DNA from: Candidatus Zixiibacteriota bacterium
GTDB taxonomy: Bacteria; Zixibacteria; MSB-5A5; WJJR01
Reading direction: 5' to 3'
Assembly: GCA_016235085.1 (NCBI GenBank)
Contig: JACRMA010000046.1
Span: forward strand, 550 to 50,764
DNA length: 50,215 nt
Shown: piece after piece, positions 10,075 to 19,983 of the stretch
Layout of the letters: each line of letters opens with the position of its first letter
Numbering within the stretch: position 1 is the first letter of the stretch
Notes under the pieces: model-generated
What the model saw: the letters and a program-made list of their open reading frames with translations, nothing else
The model's database searches: none
Told to the model about the DNA's origin: nothing
Made by a program: the position numbers and the translations under genes

Positions 10075-13000
10075 TCACCTCACCATTTGCTCAACCACGG
10101 CAATCTCCTCATCGCTCAACCCATACAACTCATATACCAGCCCGTCAATCACTTTGTCCGTCGCGTCGATCTGTCGAAGAAGGGCAGTCTTCTCATGGTC
10201 TGTTTTCGCCAGAAGCAACTGCCCATGAAGAGCAACCATTTGGTCAGCGAGGGCCGAAACACGCTCGTGGCGCGCAGCGTCAGGCGTCGAGTCCAGTGTG
10301 GGGATCTTCATTGGAAGATTGACAACGTACTGCTTGTTCGCCGAGTAGTACCCACCGCGAAATGGCACGCTTCCCTGAACAAAAATGAAATTCATCAACT
10401 CGCTGTTCAGGAGTGCCAATAGATATTGGTTGAGATGGGAGAACGCGGGCGCCAGAATCACACCTCCTACATCAACGTTGTCCAGACAGTAAGCCCCTTC
10501 GGAATCATAACCCGCTTGGAGGCGTTGGACAAGGCGCGGTATGGCGATCTTAGGCCTTGGCTGGAGCGCGATGTTTTGGTCTCGCACAAAACTGTACCAT
10601 AGCGGGCCTTTCGTGGCCCCCCGGTCCCGACGTGCCAGCAGTTCGCGCGTCCGCTCGAAGTAATCAAAGGCCAGCGGGAAATCTCGTTTCAGAGTTGCTG
10701 GCGGAATGAGTTCCGCAGCCTCGCCCCGAACCCTGTAAGGGTAGATCACGCGCATCCTTGAACGATGGAGAACGTACCGCGATACGTCTGGGCCGCTCAC
10801 GATTCCTCTCAACAAGTTGCTCTCGATTCGAAATTCGGACTCCGCAGCACGCGAATAACACAAGCTGACCTTGCCCTCGTGACGGATGATTTCAACTGAA
10901 TAGACTTTGTCTGCGCCGGGGATTATTCCTTGGAAGATTCTCTCCGCCACATCCCCCAGTTTCACCGGCATCGCCCGCAGCCGTTCGAATAACCCGCTGC
11001 CCCGCCCGACGACGAAATTCCAGCCCGCGCGTGTAATCTTCGTGCTCTCAACCGCGCCCTCATCTGCCTGCTCGGAGATTCTCCATGCAGGCAGATCATC
11101 CACCTTGGCAATCCGTGCTTCATTGCTCGGAGCCTTGCCGAGGAACATCAGGCAGGTATAGGTCGTCGCACCCGGAAACACTTGCTGGTCGCCGAAGTTG
11201 ACCACGTGCTCCAGGTGGTGACCGTCAGCCAGAATCTGGCGCAAGGGCTCGCCGTACTGGGCGTTGAAGAATTTGTGCGGCAAAATGAAGCCGAGCCTGC
11301 CTGTCTTGTTCAGCAGGGAGAGAGCGCGTTCGACGAAGACGACATAGATATCGTAATTGCCTTTGCCCGCCGACTTATACCGCTCTTTGTAGTACTCGAC
11401 TTCAAGCGGCGCCCACTCTTTCAGCGCTTGAATCCGGATATAGGGGGGATTGCCGACAATCACGTCGAATCCCCCACGGCTCATCACGACCGGGAATTGG
11501 TCCTTCCAGTCGAAGACATTGACCCGGTAACGATCTGCTTCCCCCAAAAGGCCAAGCTCCTGCTGTTTATAAAACTCGGGGCCGATGAGGGAATTACCCC
11601 ACTTGATGTTGTCCCCCAGGTCGGGAAGTGCACGCTCATGCAGAAACTTCAATTGGCTGGCGAGTGTTTCGCCTGATTCTCCTTCCAGCACCTTTAGCAG
11701 GAGTGAGAGCTTGGTGACTTCCACGGCCTGAATGTCGATGTCGACGCCGTAGATGTTGGCCAGAAGGATTCGTTTGCGCTCGGCCGTGGTCAACCGCCAG
11801 CCGCCCTGGGTGCTATACAGTTTCGGGTTCCTGCCCGTCGCATGCTTCTCCGGACCATCCGCCAGATAGGTTTTGTGGTGCCAGTCGAGCAGGAACTGAT
11901 ACGCCGCGATGAGAAACGATCCCGACCCGCAAGCCGGATCAAGAACGCGCAGCTTTGCGACATCCTTAACATTTGTCTCCCCCTGGCCGGACTCAGGATT
12001 GAGAATGGCACCCAAGGTATGGGATACGATATAGTCCACGATGTAGCCCGGAGTGTAGAATACGCCGCCGGCCTTCTTGACTTCTGGCTTGTCTTCGACC
12101 ACTGCCCGATGGCCACCGGTGAGCCGAATGACCTTACCCAGGAACTGCTCGTAGACCTGGCCCAGGATGTCTGCGGGGAGGACAGCGAACTCATACGGAC
12201 TCTCAGGGTAATACAACCGTCTGATGATGTCTTTGAGCGGCTTGTCATCGATGGTCAGTTTTGGAGTCAGATCATCCGGCGCCTCGTTGCGGCCCTTTTC
12301 GGGTTCGAAATGGAACAGGCCGGAGTTGTACTTGTGATCCGCACTGTAATAGAGCTCCCTCAGGCGTTTATAGCAGTTCGTGCCGTTGAGCAGCGCGCGT
12401 AGCGTTGCGTATTCCTCAACGCCTCGGTCCTCAGCGATCCGCAGGAAGATCAGGCGGTCAATTGTGCGCTGAACCGCAAAGTTCAGTTCCCGTTGGGTCA
12501 ATTTGGGATTGCGGAGAGCGATATTGCGGGCCAGCAAATCACGCCAGGATTCGATTTCCGCCAGGAAGGCGGCATCGACTTCGGCTGTTCCCTTCTTGGC
12601 CTTCGTCGATTCCGCGTACTTGTCAAACGATCCCTTCAGGACCGAATCACGCGAGAAAATTGCTGCGATCTCATCCCAACGGGCGGGATAGTCGGTGTAT
12701 GTACAGTAGAGAGTCCGCGACTTAGCCGGGTTGTCCGACAGCGACGGCTTTACCCTGCAGTCATAAACGGCGAATTCTTCGAAGTCGGTGAGGATGGACA
12801 GTGGCAGCTTCGCCGACCAAGCGTATCGACGGAGCTGGTATGCGGCGCTGGGATCGTCCTTAAGATTGACCGATGGCTTCTTGGCTTCGACAAAGAACTT
12901 GCGCGACCCGCCGATCCGGAAACAGTAATCGGGAGCCTTGGTCGCTCCCCCGACTTTGATTGCATCCTCGTGAATGACGTCCTTGTAAGCTTCCGCATAT

Positions 13001-13155
13001 CCTTGCGCGTTGTTCACGTCCCAACCCAGCGCCCCAAAGAGCGGATCAAGGAACTCCCGTCGGAGTTGGGTCTCATTGTACTGGCCGGAACGGTAGGCGT
13101 CGCTGTGAGCGGCAAACCGCTCTACGAGATCAAGAATAATTGGCGGAACGGGCAT
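10075..13155 (-). CDS. Type IIG (fused REase-N6-adenine MTase-specificity) restriction-modification enzyme
   Basis: N-terminal PDY...FVEAKK (PD-(D/E)xK), motif I VLDPACGSGSF, motif IV GNPPY, TaqI_C-like C-terminal region. Start placed at ATG 13155. Confidence 0.9.
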   Translation of the reverse strand: MPVPPIILDLVERFAAHSDAYRSGQYNETQLRREFLDPLFGALGWDVNNAQGYAEAYKDVIHEDAIKVGGATKAPDYCFRIGGSRKFFVEAKKPSVNLKDDPSAAYQLRRYAWSAKLPLSILTDFEEFAVYDCRVKPSLSDNPAKSRTLYCTYTDYPARWDEIAAIFSRDSVLKGSFDKYAESTKAKKGTAEVDAAFLAEIESWRDLLARNIALRNPKLTQRELNFAVQRTIDRLIFLRIAEDRGVEEYATLRALLNGTNCYKRLRELYYSADHKYNSGLFHFEPEKGRNEAPDDLTPKLTIDDKPLKDIIRRLYYPESPYEFAVLPADILGQVYEQFLGKVIRLTGGHRAVVEDKPEVKKAGGVFYTPGYIVDYIVSHTLGAILNPESGQGETNVKDVAKLRVLDPACGSGSFLIAAYQFLLDWHHKTYLADGPEKHATGRNPKLYSTQGGWRLTTAERKRILLANIYGVDIDIQAVEVTKLSLLLKVLEGESGETLASQLKFLHERALPDLGDNIKWGNSLIGPEFYKQQELGLLGEADRYRVNVFDWKDQFPVVMSRGGFDVIVGNPPYIRIQALKEWAPLEVEYYKERYKSAGKGNYDIYVVFVERALSLLNKTGRLGFILPHKFFNAQYGEPLRQILADGHHLEHVVNFGDQQVFPGATTYTCLMFLGKAPSNEARIAKVDDLPAWRISEQADEGAVESTKITRAGWNFVVGRGSGLFERLRAMPVKLGDVAERIFQGIIPGADKVYSVEIIRHEGKVSLCYSRAAESEFRIESNLLRGIVSGPDVSRYVLHRSRMRVIYPYRVRGEAAELIPPATLKRDFPLAFDYFERTRELLARRDRGATKGPLWYSFVRDQNIALQPRPKIAIPRLVQRLQAGYDSEGAYCLDNVDVGGVILAPAFSHLNQYLLALLNSELMNFIFVQGSVPFRGGYYSANKQYVVNLPMKIPTLDSTPDAARHERVSALADQMVALHGQLLLAKTDHEKTALLRQIDATDKVIDGLVYELYGLSDEEIAVVEQMVR

Positions 13156-13232
13156 GAGGGATATATGATCTGCCCTCAGCACGTCTATCGCAAGGACTTC
13201 TTACTTGTGAAAATCAGCCAGCGGGGCTACAA

Positions 13233-13259
13233 GAAGGGGCGTATGCAATACGCCCCTAC
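13233..13259. repeat. REP-like palindrome, GTAG-type (GTAGGGGCGTATTGCATACGCCCCT on the minus strand)
   Basis: Arms AGGGGCGTAT / ATACGCCCCT with a terminal GTAG tetranucleotide, between gcvPB and the RM gene. Confidence 0.7.
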
Positions 13260-13289
13260 GATTCCTGTGACGTCCTGGAGAAAGTCTCG

Positions 13290-14747
13290 CTAACCGACGT
13301 CGAGGTCGCGGGCGGCGCGGGCTTCGTCGATTTTGCGCACGCGGGTCGTGTGGGGAGCCGCGTTGACGAAATCGGGATTGGTCTCGACTTCTTTGGCGAT
13401 CGCCAGGAGTGCTGCGGCGTAGGCGTCGATGCGCTCTTTGCTCTCGGTTTCCGTCGGTTCGATCATGAGCGCTTCGGGCACGATCAGCGGGAAATAGACG
13501 GTCGGCGGATGCACGCCGAAATCGAGGAGTCGCTTGGCAATCTGTCCGCCGCGGACACCGTTCTTCTTTTGCCGGGAGGCTGAGGCGACAAACTCGTGCA
13601 TACACGGACCGGCGTGCGGGATATCGTAGGCGTCCTTGATCAGGGTGCGGAGGTAATTGGCGTTGAGGATCGAATCTTCCGCCACCCGTTTGAGGCCGGG
13701 CGCACCGAGCGAACGGATGTATGTGTATGCGCGCACCAGGACGCCGAAGTTGCCGAAGAAGGTGTGGACCGAGCCAATCGAGAGCGGATCGGGACTCTGA
13801 CGTTTGAATTGCACGATGCCGTTGGTCTCCGAGCGGACAATTGCCGGTCCGGGCAGGAATGGGATCAGATGTTTCTTCACACCGACCGCTGCGGCGCCGG
13901 GTCCGCCTCCACCATGGGGCGTCGAAAACGTCTTGTGCAGATTCAGGTGCAGTACATCGAAGCCCATGTCGCCCGCACGCGCCAGACCCAGAAGAGCATT
14001 CGTATTGGCGCCGTCGTTGTAGACCAGCGCGCCCTTCGCATGCGCCATGTCGACGATGCGTTTGATCTCACGCTCAAAAAGACCGAGCGTGTTCGGGTTG
14101 GTCAGCATGATGCAGGCGGTGGTTTCGTTGAGAACCGACGCGAGCACGTCGGGATCAACCAAACCATCGGCGTTCGATTTGATCGGAACCGGCTCGAAAC
14201 CTGAGAGGGTCACGGACGCCGGATTGGTACCGTGTGACGAGTCGGGGATGATCACGGTGCGGCGGTTTTCGCCGCGCTGCCGATGGTAGGCGCGGGCGAT
14301 CAGTAGTCCCACCATTTCACCCTGGGCACCAGCAGACGGCTGCAGGCGAACGTCATCCATGCCGGTAATCTCGGCCAGATCCTGCGCCAGTTCCCACATC
14401 AATTGGAGTGCCCCCTGACAGTCGGCGTCCGGAGTCTCCGGATGCAATCCGACAAAACCGGGAAGCGACGCCGCGCGGTCGTTGATCTTGGGGTTGTACT
14501 TCATGGTGCACGACCCCAGCGGGTAGGTGTCCTTGTCGATGTGGTGATTCAACGTCGACAGCTGGATGTAATGCCGCACGACTTCCGGCTCGGAGACCTC
14601 GGGCCAGTCGATTGCGGATTCGCGCAGGAATTCCGCAGGTATCTGCCAGGATTTATCCGAGGCCGCCACGCCGGGAGCCGGGGGCATCACCCCGATGGTG
14701 TTTTCGTGCGAAATATCAAATATCGTCTTGCCCAGTTTCAAATCCAT
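13290..14747 (-). CDS. gcvPB: Glycine dehydrogenase (decarboxylating) subunit 2
   Basis: YPLGSCTMKYNP, HGTNPAS, LNLHKTFSTPHGGGGPG (PLP lysine), MIEPTETES. Confidence 0.97.
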   Translation of the reverse strand: MDLKLGKTIFDISHENTIGVMPPAPGVAASDKSWQIPAEFLRESAIDWPEVSEPEVVRHYIQLSTLNHHIDKDTYPLGSCTMKYNPKINDRAASLPGFVGLHPETPDADCQGALQLMWELAQDLAEITGMDDVRLQPSAGAQGEMVGLLIARAYHRQRGENRRTVIIPDSSHGTNPASVTLSGFEPVPIKSNADGLVDPDVLASVLNETTACIMLTNPNTLGLFEREIKRIVDMAHAKGALVYNDGANTNALLGLARAGDMGFDVLHLNLHKTFSTPHGGGGPGAAAVGVKKHLIPFLPGPAIVRSETNGIVQFKRQSPDPLSIGSVHTFFGNFGVLVRAYTYIRSLGAPGLKRVAEDSILNANYLRTLIKDAYDIPHAGPCMHEFVASASRQKKNGVRGGQIAKRLLDFGVHPPTVYFPLIVPEALMIEPTETESKERIDAYAAALLAIAKEVETNPDFVNAAPHTTRVRKIDEARAARDLDVG

Positions 14748-14776
14748 GGTTTCAGCCTCGATGATGCTCGGGATAT

Positions 14777-15694
14777 TCAGCCGCTTGTCTTTGCGGCGTT
14801 GCTGTCGGCCGGGGCTTCGAGGAGTTTGATCTGATCTTTGACCCAGCCAACCTGCGATGACCCGGAGAATTCGTCTAGAAATGCCTTATAGAATTTCAAC
14901 GCCTGCTTTTTGTCGCCGGCCTTGGCGTAGAGCCAGGGGATGTAAGTTTCCGCATCCTCGCGCATCTTCGAGCCGGGGAACTTCTTGATGAATTTGCGGA
15001 AGCTTTCGATGGACTTGTACCAGTTCTTCTCTTTTCGGTCCATGACGGCGAGTTCGAACATCGCTTTATCGGTGACCTTGGAACCATTATCGGGATCGGA
15101 GATCATGATCTGCTGGATTTGTACCCGGGCCATATCGAAGTCGCCGCGGCCCTCGTATTTCATGACCAACTGAAACCGGATTCCCAAGTCCTGTGGATTT
15201 TCGCGCGACTTGGTTTCCAGTGCGGCTTTGGTCCCGGTCCCCTCGAGGTAATCTTCGATTGTGGCAATGAACTCCTCGGGCCGGAGATAGCCGACGATCC
15301 GATCCACCTCGGCGCCGGTCTTGTCAAAGAGGATGACGGTGGGGTAGCCATTGACACCGTATTTCATGGCATTGGTGGTATCGACCTCGGCGTTGATGCG
15401 CACGAAATAGAAGCGTGAGCCAAGTGCAATGACTCGTGCGTCGGTGAACGTGGATTCATCCTGCACTTTGCACCACTTGCACCAGTCAGTAAAGAAATCG
15501 GCGATGACTTGCCGGCCGGAGTCGGCCGCCGCCTTCATCGCGGCTTCGAGTTTCAGATTCCACGTGATCGAGTCGGAATGTGCCACATCCGTATTGGAGG
15601 CGGCCTGCGCGACTCCGGGCAGGAATGCCAGGCAGAAGACGAGAACGGCAACTGTTGAAAGCGACTTGATCATGGCCGTATGCGAGAACACCAT
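14777..15694 (-). CDS. Exported thioredoxin-like (WCKWC) protein with C-terminal TPR repeats
   Basis: Signal peptide ending AQA, DFFTDWCKWCK, cis-Pro loop GYPT, then TPR-like helices (FIKKFPGS, FLDEFSGS). Alternative start at 15673. Confidence 0.8.
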   Translation of the reverse strand: MVFSHTAMIKSLSTVAVLVFCLAFLPGVAQAASNTDVAHSDSITWNLKLEAAMKAAADSGRQVIADFFTDWCKWCKVQDESTFTDARVIALGSRFYFVRINAEVDTTNAMKYGVNGYPTVILFDKTGAEVDRIVGYLRPEEFIATIEDYLEGTGTKAALETKSRENPQDLGIRFQLVMKYEGRGDFDMARVQIQQIMISDPDNGSKVTDKAMFELAVMDRKEKNWYKSIESFRKFIKKFPGSKMREDAETYIPWLYAKAGDKKQALKFYKAFLDEFSGSSQVGWVKDQIKLLEAPADSNAAKTSG

Positions 15695-15702
15695 AACTAT
15701 GA

Positions 15703-17118
15703 TTACCGCCGCTCTGAGGCTGTCATATCCCGGCCGGAGTATGACGCCGACTTCGTGGACGTATCGGTCGCCGTGCCGGAGGCGGCGCTGCGCAATTCCT
15801 CGACCAGCCGATCCAGCATCGCCGGCGCGTGACGCTCTGTCACACTGACCAAAAGACGGCGATCAAAACCCGGGAAGCGTCCACCGAGCTCGATACCGCC
15901 GATGATTCCGCGGCGGCGCAACTGATCAAGAACCACTCGGGCCGCCACCGGCGCCTCGACAACAAACTCATTGAAGAACGAAGCGCCGAAGGGGATGGAG
16001 TAGCCTTTGAGACCGGCGATGCGCGAGGCGAGATAATGCGCCCGATCGGAGCAGGTCCGGGCCAATTGGGCGATACCCTGTTTGCCCAAAAGGGACATGT
16101 AGATGGCCGCGCGCGTCGCGAGCAGGGCCTGCGCCGTGCAAATGTTGGACGTGGCCTTTTCACGGCGGATGTGCTGCTCGCGAGTCTGCAGCGTCATCAC
16201 GTAGGCGGTCTGTCCGAGTGCATCGACCGAACGGCCGATCAACCGTCCCGGAAGCCGGCGAATGAATTCCTTCTTGATTGCAAAGAGCCCAAGAAGCGGT
16301 CCACCAAATGAGGGAGGATTGCCAAGCGATTGGCCTTCACCGACCGCGATGTCGGCGCCACAGTCTCCGGGAGGCTTGATCAGTCCCAGGGAGATGGGAT
16401 AGAAGACCGTGATGAAGAGTGCCCCGTGGCGATGGGCCACATTGGCTCCTTCATCCCATCGCTCGAGCGAGCCAAAGTAATTCGGCGAAGGCATGATCAC
16501 GGCCGCCGTCTGATCGTCGGTTAACGCGCTGAGTTTGGCGAAATCGGTGCGTCCGTCGCTGCCGATGGCAACGTCGATCGCGGTATTCTGTGCCGAGAGG
16601 TAGGTGTCGAGCACGCTGCGGAACCGGGGATTCAACGTACCGGCGATGATCAGCTTTCTCCGGCCGGTCTGGGCGATGGCGACCAGCGCGGCCTCGGCCA
16701 GGGCGGATCCGACGTCGTAGAGCGAAGCCTGGGCGACTTCCATGCCGGTCAGGCGGCGAATCATCGATTGGAATTCATAGGTCGCCTGCAGTGTCCCCTG
16801 CGCGACTTCCGGCTGGTAGGGCGTGTAGGCGGTGTAGAATTCCGATCGGAACGAGACCGCATCAACCGCCGCGGGGACATGGTGATTATAGATGCCTCCG
16901 CCGAGAAACGAGATCACATCAGGGGCGGCGGCATTTTGTCCGGCCAAAGATTCCAGCAGCGAATCCACTTCAGACTGTGACAGGCCGTCCGGCAGACGCA
17001 ATGGGGTCTTCTGGCGGACATCGGCCGGTATAGCCTTGAACAGCTCGTCGAGACTCCGGACGCCGATTGCGGCCAGCATCTCGCGGCGTGACTGATCAGT
17101 ATGTGATGTGTATTCCAT
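15703..17118 (-). CDS. gcvPA: Glycine dehydrogenase (decarboxylating) subunit 1
   Basis: SFLGGGIY, EFYTAYTPYQPEVAQG, LQTREQHIRREKATSNICT. Confidence 0.97.
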   Translation of the reverse strand: MEYTSHTDQSRREMLAAIGVRSLDELFKAIPADVRQKTPLRLPDGLSQSEVDSLLESLAGQNAAAPDVISFLGGGIYNHHVPAAVDAVSFRSEFYTAYTPYQPEVAQGTLQATYEFQSMIRRLTGMEVAQASLYDVGSALAEAALVAIAQTGRRKLIIAGTLNPRFRSVLDTYLSAQNTAIDVAIGSDGRTDFAKLSALTDDQTAAVIMPSPNYFGSLERWDEGANVAHRHGALFITVFYPISLGLIKPPGDCGADIAVGEGQSLGNPPSFGGPLLGLFAIKKEFIRRLPGRLIGRSVDALGQTAYVMTLQTREQHIRREKATSNICTAQALLATRAAIYMSLLGKQGIAQLARTCSDRAHYLASRIAGLKGYSIPFGASFFNEFVVEAPVAARVVLDQLRRRGIIGGIELGGRFPGFDRRLLVSVTERHAPAMLDRLVEELRSAASGTATDTSTKSASYSGRDMTASERR

Positions 17119-17147
17119 GGGCCCTGGGGTCTGGGTTGCAAATGCGA

Positions 17148-17528
17148 TTAATGGGAGGCGATCATTTCACCGTACTCGGCGGCGGACAAAAGCTTCTTGG
17201 CTTCCTCGGGATCACTCATGCGGATCTTGATCATCCAACCGGCGCCATAACAATCGGAGTTTACCAGGATCGCTTCCTCGAGCAGCTTTTGATTGACGGC
17301 GACGATTTCGCCTGAAACGGGCGCGTAGAGTTCCGCCACCGTCTTGACGGCTTCAATCGTTCCGAACGGCGCACCGGCCACAACCTTTGTACCCTTGGCG
17401 GGCAATTCGACGAAGACAATATCACCCAATTCGTTCTGGGCGAAGTCGGTGACGCCGACGGTCGCGTCCTGGCCATCCATACTCAGCCACTCGTGTTCTT
17501 TCGTGTACAACAGGTTATCCTTAATCAC
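17148..17528 (-). CDS. gcvH: Glycine cleavage system H protein
   Basis: YTKEHEW, GVTDFAQNELGDIVFVELP, IEAVKTV (lipoyl lysine). Start placed at GTG 17528 after GGGAGG. Confidence 0.95.
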   Translation of the reverse strand: MIKDNLLYTKEHEWLSMDGQDATVGVTDFAQNELGDIVFVELPAKGTKVVAGAPFGTIEAVKTVAELYAPVSGEIVAVNQKLLEEAILVNSDCYGAGWMIKIRMSDPEEAKKLLSAAEYGEMIASH

Positions 17529-17603
17529 AGTCCCTCCCGGATAGACCGGCAAAATAGTCACGCCGCTTCCGAGGTGCAAGCGCCGCTGCATAGCAGTTGT
17601 CAA

Positions 17604-19022
17604 TCAAATCGCAGTGCCCGAAGCCGTGGCGTCAGCGTCCTGTGTTGCTGGTGCGCTTTCCGTCGTTGGAGATTCGCTGGGAGTCCCCAGCAGGCGATCG
17701 ACAAATGTCGTGTCGAACTGTCCGGAGCGGAACTCCGGCGCCTGCATCACTCTGCGGAAGAAGGGGATAGTCGTGTCGACGCCTTCAATAATAAATTCAT
17801 CCAAGGCTCGCAGCATACGGATCAAGGCTTCGTCGCGATTCTTGGCATGAACAATCAATTTGGCCAGAAGGGAGTCGTAGTAGGGCGGAATGACATACTT
17901 GGCATACGCATGTGTATCGACGCGCACACCATGGCCACCGGGAACGTGGAAGGTCTGAATCTGGCCCGGACAAGGACGGAAACCGTGGTCCGGATTCTCG
18001 GCATTGATGCGCACTTCGATGGTGTGGCCCGAGAATGTCACGTCCGATTGGGTGAAATCGAGCGGCTCCCCGGCGGCGATTAGAATCTGGCGCTTGACCA
18101 GATCCCGGTCGGTCTGTTCCTCGGTGACCGGATGCTCCACCTGGATGCGCGTGTTCATTTCCATGAAGTAGAAATTGCCTGTCTTGTCCAAAAGGAACTC
18201 AATCGTACCGGCAGAGGCGTATCCGACCGACTGGCAGCCTTTGATGGCCATCTCCCCCATTTTCTGGCGCAACTCGTCATTGATTCCAGGAGACGGCGAT
18301 TCTTCGATCAGCTTCTGGTGGCGACGCTGGACACTGCAGTCGCGCTCGCCGAGATGGACAAGGTTTCCGGCGTGGTCACCGAGAATCTGAATCTCAACGT
18401 GGCGGGGGCCTTCGAGGTACTTCTCGAGGTAAACAATCGGGTTGCCAAAAGCGGCTTGGGCTTCAGCCTGCGCGGACGACATCAGGCGCTCAAGCTCGGC
18501 GGGTTCACGGCAGATTCTCATGCCGCGTCCCCCACCGCCGCCGGCGGCTTTGACAATGACCGGAAAGCCGATTTGCCCGGCGATCTTGACCGCCTCGACG
18601 GGGTCGGAAACTGGACCGTCGGAACCGGGAATCACCGGCACACCCGCGTCACGCATGATATTACGTGCCAACGACTTGTCACCCATTTTTCGAATCAGGT
18701 CGGCGGAAGGGCCAATGAACGTCAGGCCACATTCGGCGCAGATTTCGGCAAAGTCGGCGTTTTCGGCGAGAAAGCCATATCCCGGATGGATCGCATCGGC
18801 GCCGGTCACTTCGGCTGCGGCGATGATCCGTTTGGGGTCCAGATACGATTTGCTGGGGGGCGGCGGACCGATACAAACGTCTTCATTGGCAAAGCGAACG
18901 TGCAGGGATTCACGGTCGGCTTCTGAGTAGATCGCGACAGTGGGAATTCCGAGCTCGCGGCAGGCCCGGATGATGCGTAAAGCGATTTCCCCACGGTTGG
19001 CTATCAGAATCTTCTTAAACAT
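17604..19022 (-). CDS. accC: Acetyl-CoA carboxylase biotin carboxylase subunit
   Basis: [52 protein letters not shown]. Confidence 0.97.
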   Translation of the reverse strand: MFKKILIANRGEIALRIIRACRELGIPTVAIYSEADRESLHVRFANEDVCIGPPPPSKSYLDPKRIIAAAEVTGADAIHPGYGFLAENADFAEICAECGLTFIGPSADLIRKMGDKSLARNIMRDAGVPVIPGSDGPVSDPVEAVKIAGQIGFPVIVKAAGGGGGRGMRICREPAELERLMSSAQAEAQAAFGNPIVYLEKYLEGPRHVEIQILGDHAGNLVHLGERDCSVQRRHQKLIEESPSPGINDELRQKMGEMAIKGCQSVGYASAGTIEFLLDKTGNFYFMEMNTRIQVEHPVTEEQTDRDLVKRQILIAAGEPLDFTQSDVTFSGHTIEVRINAENPDHGFRPCPGQIQTFHVPGGHGVRVDTHAYAKYVIPPYYDSLLAKLIVHAKNRDEALIRMLRALDEFIIEGVDTTIPFFRRVMQAPEFRSGQFDTTFVDRLLGTPSESPTTESAPATQDADATASGTAI

Positions 19023-19191
19023 CAGCTATCGCCCTCTCACGGTCATTATGCCGCCCCGGAAAGAAAGCAACAGGAACGGTCGAGGACAAAGCAATTCGGG
19101 CGGGGATAATCCGAGCGGAGGGGTTACAAATCAGACCGGGTTGATGGGTAACACCTATTCCACAGCATCATCAAATGAAGAAATCCTTGAG

Positions 19192-19223
19192 ATGTGGCGC
19201 GGGCGAGGACGCCCGCGCCACAT
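19192..19223. repeat. REP-like perfect palindrome ATGTGGCGCGGGCG-AGGA-CGCCCGCGCCACAT
   Basis: 14-bp perfect stem with a 4-nt loop in intergenic DNA, no U-tract on either side. Confidence 0.65.
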
Positions 19224-19249
19224 TGCAACCACCCTCCCGCATGCCGCAC

Positions 19250-19282
19250 AAAAAAGACAGCCGCACTTGCGCGCGGCCGTCT
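19250..19282 (-). terminator. Intrinsic terminator after the small Cys-rich gene
   Basis: Minus strand AGACGGCCGC-GCGCAAGT-GCGGCTGTCT followed by TTTTT. Confidence 0.75.
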
Positions 19283-19329
19283 CAAGGTTGCCTGTGTGGG
19301 CTGGGGAATCGTCGGGGGCGCTGCGCGGA

Positions 19330-19503
19330 TTAGTACCGCTCGTCCTCATCTTCCTCCTCCAATTCGACTTCGCTTTCTTCGTCGTCCTCATCGAAGATTT
19401 CGAATTCGTGTTCGTCGGCGCACGTCTTGGAGCAATACGCGTGCTTCTTACGCCGGTAGGGCGTGCCTTCGATTTCCTCGCCGCAGAACTCACAGAAACG
19501 CAT
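19330..19503 (-). CDS. 57-aa putative zinc-binding protein (CxxC...CxxxC, TRASH/MYM-like) with acidic tail
   Basis: MRFCEFCGEEIEGTPYRRKKHAYCSKTCADEHEFEIFDEDDEESEVELEEEDEDERY. GAGGT before ATG 19503, terminator downstream. Confidence 0.75.
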   Translation of the reverse strand: MRFCEFCGEEIEGTPYRRKKHAYCSKTCADEHEFEIFDEDDEESEVELEEEDEDERY

Positions 19504-19819
19504 GATACGACCTCGATGGTGTGCCGTAGGCACCCAGGTTAGCCCGTTCGACGGGCGGTGGAACCCTGCGATCGCCCCCCATGAGCAATCGCCACAGCGC
19601 GCAAGAATTGTCTCAAGCCTGGTCTTCCCACGAATGAAAGATTAACGTCGAATCGGCACGGTGATGACACGTTCCGCTGACGACCACCTCCTTTGCCGGT
19701 CGCTGCCACTACGGTCCACCGCAGGGGAGAATCCGCGATCCCCCCATCTGTGTTTCCGCATAATTCATCGGTGCATTCGGACGCTTGATTAGCCTCCAAT
19801 CGGCTCTTTCGGGCCGCCT

Positions 19820-19848
19820 GAAATATTCTCAGAAAGTGGCCATGTCAA
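19820..19848 (-). promoter_or_regulatory. Putative sigma70 promoter TTGACA-N17-TATTTC
   Basis: Perfect -35, 17-nt spacer, partial -10. Confidence 0.45.
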
Positions 19849-19906
19849 CTGGAAAATTCTGCGGTTCGAAGGAATCTTCGCGCCTTCGGACGGGAGGCTA
19901 AGGAGA

Positions 19907-19934
19907 AGGCCGGACAGGAGTGTCCGGCCTGCGA
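19907..19934. repeat. Palindromic repeat copy 1, AGGCCGGACAGGAGTGTCCGGCCTGCGA
   Basis: Identical 28-mer at 21251-21278; lies just downstream of the pilT-like gene. Confidence 0.85.
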
Positions 19935-19983
19935 GTGGATTGATCCGTCCAGCCGGGTGGGTGCCGGCCTCATGAATGCCCGT

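Noticed and set aside
10075-13155. BREX PglX or DISARM methylase
   Set aside because: It has its own N-terminal PD-(D/E)xK nuclease, and no brxC/pglZ or drm genes are adjacent.
17529-17603. Glycine riboswitch before gcvH
   Set aside because: Only 75 nt between accC and gcvH, with no aptamer motifs.
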